Part shown: one piece after another, positions 1-6,063 of the stretch | How positions within the stretch are numbered: position 1 is the stretch's first letter | How the letters are laid out: every line of letters begins with the position of its first letter | DNA from: Bdellovibrionales bacterium | Lineage (GTDB): Bacteria > Bdellovibrionota > Bdellovibrionia > Bdellovibrionales > UBA840 | Length of the DNA stretch: 11,278 nt | Assembly: GCA_037969075.1 (NCBI GenBank) | Contig: JBBKWS010000002.1 | Span: forward strand, 1 to 11,278 | Reading direction: 5' to 3' | Program-made: the position numbers and the translations under genes | The notes under the pieces: generated by a model | What the model was told of the DNA's origin: nothing | Databases searched by the model: none | The model's input: the letters and a program-made list of their open reading frames with translations, nothing else

Positions 1-744
1 TCTCAATTCGCAATGGCTGCCGAAACAGCTGCTTACTACCGAGTTTGGCAAGGCTTTAAAAAGCAGGATGTATCTACTACTGAATTCATGCAGCTTCTTC
101 CAAGCTTTATGAATCAAACCACTGATTTATACCAAAATGTTTTGAGCAATTATATTGTCGTAATCCCACCTATTAATAAGCCAAGTTTTATCCCTGATGA
201 ATTTGCCTTAGTAGCTATCAACGCCGAAGACAATTATCGTCAAATTAGACAAACTCCTGAGGGACAAAATTACTCTGATGCACATTGGGATGTTTTTGAT
301 AGAAACACCTCAAAAAGCGCAGCAATGAAAATGTTTTACTCTGAAAATGTAAACGAATTAGAGTCTAACACCGCCTACAATATACTTGAACAACCTGTGG
401 ATTGGTCAAAAGGAATCACAACCGTTTATATCGGCATAAAGAAATTAAATTTAGATTCTACTAACTACCTACAACGCTTACATCGTCATATAGATGCTGT
501 AGCCAAGGCATATAAGACTATGGGCCTTAATGGGTATATCGTAATAGCTAACGATAACTACGAGGTTGCTTATATGAATTGGATATCACGAGAGGCTATG
601 CAAACTGCATTTACTTCAAAAATTGGAGCCGAACTTAACTTGGATGCTAATGAAATTATGGATCTATTACAATTTCAAGAGGCGAGTCCTTTTAACAAAT
701 ACACAGTTGAAGCTGACGCGGTTTACTCAACCATTAGTTATTAA
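1..744 (+). CDS. Secreted hypothetical protein, probably two tandem EthD-like (dimeric alpha/beta-barrel) domains; 5' end lies outside the window
   Basis: Frame 1 is open from base 1 (SQFAMA-AET...), which looks like the end of a signal peptide (A-M-A cleavage site), so ATG13 is probably internal. The two halves share a pattern: 'RVWQGFKKQDVSTTEF...DEFALVAINAEDNY' and 'TVYIGIKKLNLDSTNY...YEVAYMNWISREAM'. Stop TAA at 742-744. Confidence 0.6.
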   Translation, partial: SQFAMAAETAAYYRVWQGFKKQDVSTTEFMQLLPSFMNQTTDLYQNVLSNYIVVIPPINKPSFIPDEFALVAINAEDNYRQIRQTPEGQNYSDAHWDVFDRNTSKSAAMKMFYSENVNELESNTAYNILEQPVDWSKGITTVYIGIKKLNLDSTNYLQRLHRHIDAVAKAYKTMGLNGYIVIANDNYEVAYMNWISREAMQTAFTSKIGAELNLDANEIMDLLQFQEASPFNKYTVEADAVYSTISY

Positions 745-750
745 AAATAT

Positions 751-772
751 GAAGGGCCGAAGTTGGCCCTTC
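751..772 (-). terminator. Intrinsic terminator between convergent genes, strongest for phoH (minus strand)
   Basis: GAAGGGCC (751-758), 6-nt loop, GGCCCTTC (765-772). On the minus strand it is followed by ATATTTTT; the plus strand has only a weak pyrimidine tail. Confidence 0.8.
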
Positions 773-779
773 TCATCTC

Positions 780-2111
780 TTATAAAACGTTAGACGCCAT
801 CTCGGCAAGTTGTGATCTCTCACCTTTTCTGAGTGTTACGTGAGCTGCGATCGATACACCCTTAAATCTTTCTACGCAATAAGTAAGACCCGAAGTAGAG
901 GAATCTAAATATGGATTATCAATCTGATGGCAATCCCCTGTGAGAACAACTTTAGTACCTTGTCCTGCACGAGTAATAATTGTTTTAAGTTCATGAGGAG
1001 TTAAATTTTGTGATTCATCCACAATCAAATATTGATGCGGGATACTTCTACCGCGAATATAAGTTAACGGCTCAATGTTTAGTAAACCTTGATTTATTAA
1101 CTCTTGTGTTCTACCAGCCGCTTTTTTATGTGAAGTATCTGCTCCCATTAAAAAATCAACGTTATCAAATATTGGCTGCATCCATGGATTTAACTTCTCA
1201 TTAATATCACCTGGCAAATATCCAATATCTTTACCCATTGGAAAAATTGGTCGACTAACTAACAACCGTTGAAACTTACTTTCATCTAAAGTTAAAAGTA
1301 GCCCTGCCGCGAGCGCTAATAACGTCTTACCCGTTCCGGCTTTTCCAACAAGTGATACTAATTGGATGTCTGTATTTAGTAATGCATCTAAAGCAAAGCT
1401 TTGCTCCATATTTCTAGGGTGAACACCCCAGATATTATCATGAATCTTTAACGGTACCATTCCGCCTTCACTTTGCGAAAATCTTCCTAGTGCAGAGTGG
1501 CTCGGGTTATCTTTATTTCGCATAACAATGTATTCGTTTGGTACTAGTCTAAATGATTCATCTACCTGAAAAAATCTTTCAGTATAAAATTTATCGATCT
1601 CAGCAGGTGTTAACTCAAGCTCTCGGTAACCATCATACATATCATCGATATTAACATTATCTGGCTCATAATCTCTGGCCACCACGTTATAAATATCGGC
1701 CTTGATTCTTAAGTTAATATCTTTTGAAATTAGATCCACTTGGCAATCTGGAAATTGTTTTTTTAATGATAAAGCTGATGCTAGAATACGGTTATCAGCC
1801 TTTTGCAGATCAAAATCTACTGGCAAGACAGATGTATCTCTATCGGTCATAACAAACATTTTTGATTTAGCATTAGAAGGTTTTACGCCTTCTAAAAGTT
1901 TACCTTGGCCTCTTAACTCATCGATGAACCTAGAAAATTGACGAGCATTTCTTCCGTTCTCTCCAGTATCTCTTTTAAAACGATCGATCTCTTCGATTAC
2001 AGAAACAGGTATATAGATATCTGCACCATCAAACTTAAAGATCGCTTGCGCATCAAATAAGATGACATTGGTATCTAGAACAACTTTTAACTTTGCTTCC
2101 GTAGTAGTCAT
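780..2111 (-). CDS. phoH: PIN-domain PhoH family protein (PhoH2/YlaK type; putative RNase-ATPase/RNA helicase)
   Basis: N-terminal PIN motifs VLDTNV, 'EEID', 'DNRIL', 'SKDINLRIKA'. C-terminal PhoH motifs: Walker A GKAGTGKT, SRP, GYLPG, RGRS, Walker B IVDESQN, GDxxQID. SD AAGGAG lies 4 nt upstream of the ATG. Confidence 0.93.
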   Translation of the reverse strand: MTTTEAKLKVVLDTNVILFDAQAIFKFDGADIYIPVSVIEEIDRFKRDTGENGRNARQFSRFIDELRGQGKLLEGVKPSNAKSKMFVMTDRDTSVLPVDFDLQKADNRILASALSLKKQFPDCQVDLISKDINLRIKADIYNVVARDYEPDNVNIDDMYDGYRELELTPAEIDKFYTERFFQVDESFRLVPNEYIVMRNKDNPSHSALGRFSQSEGGMVPLKIHDNIWGVHPRNMEQSFALDALLNTDIQLVSLVGKAGTGKTLLALAAGLLLTLDESKFQRLLVSRPIFPMGKDIGYLPGDINEKLNPWMQPIFDNVDFLMGADTSHKKAAGRTQELINQGLLNIEPLTYIRGRSIPHQYLIVDESQNLTPHELKTIITRAGQGTKVVLTGDCHQIDNPYLDSSTSGLTYCVERFKGVSIAAHVTLRKGERSQLAEMASNVL

Positions 2112-2134
2112 CGGACTCCTTCATCGTAAAAGAG

Positions 2135-2152
2135 GACCATAACATTATGGTC
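2135..2152. promoter_or_regulatory. Perfect palindrome upstream of phoH (operator candidate or leader hairpin)
   Basis: GACCATAA-CA-TTATGGTC (8+2+8). On the minus strand it overlaps a possible -10 CATAAT with TCGACT 16 nt upstream. Confidence 0.5.
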
Positions 2153-2317
2153 ATACTACTATTGGAGTCGAAGATACCTCTTAAGTACATAAAATTTTTG
2201 GCTTTTATGCCTGGCAATAGAAAAGAATCGTGAGTTTCTGGTGATTGTGCCCTTAGCTGTTGACTCCCATTTTATTTCAGAGCCTAATTTTATAAACATT
2301 TTTTTTAAGGAGTAACT

Positions 2318-2755
2318 ATGAAAGCACTTGTTCTAATTTTTAGTCTATTATCTGTGCAAGCTTTTGCTTGCCCTAATTTTACGGGAACCTACACTTGCCA
2401 AGATGAAGAGACAGGATCTTATCAAATGGATATCACACAAAGAAATATTTCTGGTGGCACAGTCTACACTTCAGTTGAAAACGGAGAAACATATGAGTTC
2501 ATTGTTGATGGAAAATCTCATGTAGCTGATCCTGAGCAACCAAATGTTGTTTATGTAGCAAATTGTTCAGGTAACATTGTGAATTCAGTAACTAGTGGCC
2601 CACTAGAAGAAGACGGACAAACCGTAGGATCAATGAAAGCCATAAGTGAAACGTTCTTAAGAGGTAACGACTTAGTCACTAAGTCAAAAGCTACTATTAT
2701 TTACGGTGATCAGGAGTTTCAACAAGACTACGAGTCGTCTTGCTCTAGAAACTAA
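2318..2755 (+). CDS. Secreted hypothetical protein, beta-rich, 4 Cys
   Basis: SD AAGGAG at 2307-2312; signal peptide MKALVLIFSLLSVQAFA; mature N-terminus CPNFTGTYTC; followed by a terminator. Confidence 0.85.
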   Translation: MKALVLIFSLLSVQAFACPNFTGTYTCQDEETGSYQMDITQRNISGGTVYTSVENGETYEFIVDGKSHVADPEQPNVVYVANCSGNIVNSVTSGPLEEDGQTVGSMKAISETFLRGNDLVTKSKATIIYGDQEFQQDYESSCSRN

Positions 2756-2765
2756 GTATCGACAT

Positions 2766-2800
2766 AATTAAAAAACCGGCATCCAGCCGGTTTTTTAATT
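2766..2800. terminator. Bidirectional intrinsic terminator
   Basis: Perfect 15-bp inverted repeat AATTAAAAAACCGGC-atcca-GCCGGTTTTTTAATT with a T-tract on both strands, located between convergent genes. Confidence 0.93.
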
Positions 2801-2853
2801 TCTGAATGATTCAACTTCCTAATGCAGTGTGACCCGAAAAAGGAAGCAGGTAC

Positions 2854-3378
2854 CTATCTAATTTTCGACACTGTGACATCTCCATGATCTGTTTGTAAAC
2901 TAGCTGTTACCGTCTCTAAAAATGCTACAAAATGTTTTAATGCTTCTGCGTTTGTAGTATTTTTAATAAACTGTGAACCGTGTCTAACTACACCTTCATC
3001 ATGAATCTCTCTAAAATTAGAAACTCGTACCGTAAATGGCAGATAGGTGTCTTTTGATAGATAGAGTCTCATTGCGAACTCTTCGCCCATATTAAAATGG
3101 CCGGCTTCAAAATCCATATCAAAGGACAAGCCTCCCTCGGCTATGTCATATACACTTACCTTCTGAAGACCTTTGCCCGGAATCAGTACATAGGCGCCGA
3201 TAAACTCGGCTAATATTGTACGTTTTACTTGGCGTCTTTCTTCGGAGATAACTTCCTGTCTTCTCACCGTCATATCCACAATAGTGGCTTTGCCGTCTTG
3301 GCTTACGTGCGCGTTCTCACCTGATAATTGCTCACGTCGGCGGGCAGTCATATCGATAACGTTACTTTTTTGCTGCAT
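2854..3378 (-). CDS. Stand-alone PilZ-domain protein (putative c-di-GMP receptor)
   Basis: RxxxR (R49-QVK-R53) followed 24 aa later by D-I-A-E-G-G (variant of D/NxSxxG); beta-rich body ending in 'HGSQF'; G-rich SD (GGGGGGA) just upstream of the ATG. Confidence 0.85.
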   Translation of the reverse strand: MQQKSNVIDMTARRREQLSGENAHVSQDGKATIVDMTVRRQEVISEERRQVKRTILAEFIGAYVLIPGKGLQKVSVYDIAEGGLSFDMDFEAGHFNMGEEFAMRLYLSKDTYLPFTVRVSNFREIHDEGVVRHGSQFIKNTTNAEALKHFVAFLETVTASLQTDHGDVTVSKIR

Positions 3379-3402
3379 AATCCCCCCTAAGGACTAACTA
3401 TC

Positions 3403-3429
3403 TTATCGGCGAAATGTGTCTCAACTTTA
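3403..3429 (-). promoter_or_regulatory. Sigma28 (FliA) promoter of the PilZ gene
   Basis: Minus strand reads TAAA-gttgagacacatttc (15 nt)-GCCGATAA, matching the established TAAA-N15-GCCGATAA consensus including the extended TAAAGTT. It ends 24 nt before the ATG. Confidence 0.9.
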
Positions 3430-3447
3430 GCCATTTCGGTGTTCATA

Positions 3448-3476
3448 TTGCCAATTGCGTAAAAATGAGGTAGATT
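3448..3476 (+). promoter_or_regulatory. Sigma70-type promoter of the TonB-family gene
   Basis: TTGCCA (3448-3453), 17-nt spacer, TAGATT (3471-3476); ATG follows at 3487. Confidence 0.65.
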
Positions 3477-3486
3477 TATTAAACAT

Positions 3487-4323
3487 ATGTATTATCAGAC
3501 ACTTATAGTCAGTTTATTCATCCATCTAGCCCTCTTCCTCTGGTTCTACGGCCAGTCTAAACCGCTTTATTTTGAGATGAATAAAGACAATGTAATAGAG
3601 CTCACAATCAATCCAGGTGACGCTAAACAAGTGACTATGTTTGCTGAGGCTCCCGAGCTAGAGGTAATGGATAAAAAGAAAACCCCTTTCTTATCTAAGG
3701 AGTGGCAAAGGGTCCCTAAAGAGGCCATCGCTCGTAAAAATGGTAAAACCGAAAATCGCTCCCCGCGCACAGAGGTTGCTATCAAAAATAAGCAAAAAGC
3801 TGAGGACAGCGAAGACCCCAATGACCTTCATAATATGGTAAAACCAAAACCTATAGATTTATCTAAGTTGGGTGGCCTATTTAGAAACACCGGTGAATCT
3901 ACAAGCGGCGAGAAACTATTTAAAAATATCGATATAGGAGATTTTAACTCTATTAATACAGATGAATATACCTTTTATTCTTTTCACGAAAGAATCAATG
4001 ACCGTATACGCATACGTTGGGTAAACAGAATCGAAGAAACTCTGGCTGAGTTCAAACGTCGTGGCGTAATTGGCGCCCTCAAAAAAGGTGAAAATACTAC
4101 GATGATTGAGATCAGGCTAGATAAGAACGGTAACTACTTAAATAGTGTAATCATAAAAAGCTCTGGCATTAAGTCATGGGATGAAGCTGCCGTACTAGCC
4201 TTTCAAACAGGGGCGCCATTTTTAAACCCCCCTACAGAGCTTGTAGAAAAAGATGGAGTCATCCACTTGCAATACCGATTTTCAGTAATGTGGGACCCGA
4301 AATACATCAATCAAATTCACTAG
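3487..4323 (+). CDS. TonB/TolA-family energy-transducer protein
   Basis: N-terminal TM anchor with the SxxxH motif (SLFIHLAL); charged K/E/P linker; C-terminal TonB/TolA-like domain ('RINDRIRIRW', 'IRLDKNG', 'KSSGIKSWDEAAVLAFQTGAPFLNPP'). Confidence 0.88.
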   Translation: MYYQTLIVSLFIHLALFLWFYGQSKPLYFEMNKDNVIELTINPGDAKQVTMFAEAPELEVMDKKKTPFLSKEWQRVPKEAIARKNGKTENRSPRTEVAIKNKQKAEDSEDPNDLHNMVKPKPIDLSKLGGLFRNTGESTSGEKLFKNIDIGDFNSINTDEYTFYSFHERINDRIRIRWVNRIEETLAEFKRRGVIGALKKGENTTMIEIRLDKNGNYLNSVIIKSSGIKSWDEAAVLAFQTGAPFLNPPTELVEKDGVIHLQYRFSVMWDPKYINQIH

Positions 4324-4365
4324 GAAATTCTTTCCTATCCGTTACGCTAGAAAAGCTTTAATCTG

Positions 4366-4394
4366 CTGAGACTTATCAATCATTTTGGTATTCT
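4366..4394 (+). promoter_or_regulatory. Extended -10 promoter candidate for the beta-barrel gene
   Basis: CTGAGA (4366-4371), 17-nt spacer, TATTCT (4389-4394) preceded by TG-G; 7 nt to ATG4402; no SD visible. Confidence 0.5.
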
Positions 4395-4401
4395 ATTACA
4401 A

Positions 4402-4959
4402 ATGAAGTACGTCGTCCTTATTCTCTTATTTTCAGTCAATGCTATGGCAGGGTTTGTCGAAGTGGGTGCATCTGCTAACCTACGTGAAAGCTCGGTTGAT
4501 AAAGATAATACTTCTGTTACCCGAAGTGTAACCGGCTCCATTGCGTATTACTTTTTTGAAAATTCAGCAATTGAACTTAGCTATACCCAAGGTTATGTAA
4601 AGACTGAAAGCTTTGCAACCGTAGGAGGCACAAGCATGCCCTACACGCAAATTGTAAACTATGAAATGATTGGGGCTGATTTTATCTTAAGTTTTGGCGA
4701 TAAAAAGGACATTCTGCAGCCTTATATAAAAGCCGGGGTTGCCTATCAAGAAAAAGATATTCAATTTGAAATCAGTAGTTCAGAACCAACACTTCAAAAA
4801 ACGACTGGTGAATACCTAACAGGTGGTATAGGCTTTAAGTTTCTAATTGGTAAGAATTGGGCGCTAAAAGCTGGCTACGATATGTGGAAGGGGCCATTGG
4901 GTGAAGAACAGCAAACCACTGACACTGCTGTCCGTGTCGGGATTTCTTTTATTTTCTAA
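4402..4959 (+). CDS. Small outer-membrane beta-barrel protein (OmpA/OmpW-like, about 8 strands)
   Basis: Signal peptide ending in AMA; amphipathic strands; 'QPYIKAGVAY' and 'GGIGFKF' motifs; terminal beta-signal VRVGISFIF with C-terminal Phe. Confidence 0.88.
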   Translation: MKYVVLILLFSVNAMAGFVEVGASANLRESSVDKDNTSVTRSVTGSIAYYFFENSAIELSYTQGYVKTESFATVGGTSMPYTQIVNYEMIGADFILSFGDKKDILQPYIKAGVAYQEKDIQFEISSSEPTLQKTTGEYLTGGIGFKFLIGKNWALKAGYDMWKGPLGEEQQTTDTAVRVGISFIF

Positions 4960-5920
4960 TATAGCCTGTATTCCCTTTGGATATTACAACAGACTCGCAC
5001 AGCACCAAACCTATATACTTCGTGCAAAAGTTTCTATCGATTCTGTATTAAACGACCCCGTCACCACTGAAGATGTGAAAAGTAAGTTACGCTTAGTTTT
5101 AGAGGTACGTAAATTTGCAAAAGATACTCTTGGCTTAAAAGTAGGATCTAACTATTTGGACTATGTTCCGTTAAAAGAAGATGCCGTCAGCTTTGTTGTG
5201 AATGCCGCTGAACCTTTTGAACTAAAAACATATACGTGGTCCTACCCTATTGTTGGTAAACTTCCCTACAAAGGCTTTCCCACGAAACTCGAAGCAGAGG
5301 CAGAAGCTAGTCTCATGAAAAAAGAAGGGTATGACGTATTTGTCAGAGGTGTAAGCGCATACAGTACACTAGGTTGGTTTGATGACCCTATATTTTCAAG
5401 TATGCTTAACCTATCAGATCAACGCTTAGTAGAAACCATCATACATGAAAGTGTTCACGCGACGATATTTTATAAAGATGATGCTGATTTTAACGAAAGA
5501 TTAGCTACATTCTTAGGAACCGAAGGTGCTAAACTTTTTTACCAAGCTAAGCATCAAGATGACATGATCAAAACAATTGATGCCGAAAAGCAAGAACTAC
5601 TAAAATTTAATACATTTATAATAAAAGAAATTAGTGATTTAAAGAAATGGTACGAAGATGTGTTATCAAAAATTGATTCTATGGATGAAAAGAAAACTGA
5701 AAAAAAACAGCGCTTGGCCATACTAGAACAAAAAATAATCAAGCGAGGATTTACAAAAAATAACGCTCTCCAATTAAACAATGCCAAGTTAATGCTATAC
5801 TCAACTTACCAAGGTGACCGTGAGCAATTCACCAGGGTCTATGCTAATTTTAACAGCTTTCGAGATTTTATAGACCATTTAAAAACGATCAAAGAATCAA
5901 AAAACTTATTCGAACAATAA
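4901..5920 (+). CDS. Putative zinc aminopeptidase (DUF2265/Aminopep family), probable lipoprotein
   Basis: Family-like motifs 'WSYPIVGKLPYKGF', 'AYSTLGWFDDP', HExxH (HESVH) and downstream 'FNERLA'. GTG start preceded by GGAAGGGG; signal-like N-terminus ending NIA-C. Confidence 0.85.
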   Translation: MKNSKPLTLLSVSGFLLFSNIACIPFGYYNRLAQHQTYILRAKVSIDSVLNDPVTTEDVKSKLRLVLEVRKFAKDTLGLKVGSNYLDYVPLKEDAVSFVVNAAEPFELKTYTWSYPIVGKLPYKGFPTKLEAEAEASLMKKEGYDVFVRGVSAYSTLGWFDDPIFSSMLNLSDQRLVETIIHESVHATIFYKDDADFNERLATFLGTEGAKLFYQAKHQDDMIKTIDAEKQELLKFNTFIIKEISDLKKWYEDVLSKIDSMDEKKTEKKQRLAILEQKIIKRGFTKNNALQLNNAKLMLYSTYQGDREQFTRVYANFNSFRDFIDHLKTIKESKNLFEQ

Positions 5921-6063
5921 TTAATGCTTATAATACCCCTTTATAATTGAGAAAAATATAGCTTTTACATATCTAGTAAATTGTAAAGATAATCATATTT
6001 TCAGCCATATTGCGATTCTTCCCATCTCAGAATAAACATATCTATCTCTGGGGAGGGGTTAAA

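Noticed and set aside
1010..1941. Plus-strand ORFs 1010-1204 and 1702-1941
   Set aside because: Antisense shadows inside the well-supported phoH gene; no SD or recognisable motifs.
2260..2290. TTGACT...TAATTT as a promoter for the 2318 gene
   Set aside because: The spacer would be 19 nt and no good -10 lies at 16-18 nt.
2159..2299. 46-aa minus-strand ORF upstream of phoH (MFIKLGSEIKW...), considered as an antitoxin
   Set aside because: No SD, basic rather than acidic composition, and it covers the divergent promoter region; likely chance.
2803..2846. Short inverted repeats (TGAATgATTCA; CTTCCT...AGGAAG) in the PilZ 3' region
   Set aside because: Only 5-6 bp arms, expected by chance; the adjacent terminator already explains the 3' end.
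3567..3821. 84-aa minus-strand ORF
   Set aside because: Antisense to the TonB-family gene; its hydrophobicity mirrors the K/E-rich sense codons.
4321..4337. TAGGAAA-ttc-TTTCCTA hairpin as a tonB terminator
   Set aside because: AT-rich 7-bp stem overlapping the stop codon with no U-tract; too weak to call.
6010..6063. TTG6010 start for the S41 protease
   Set aside because: ATG6064 has a strong SD and begins a clean signal peptide.
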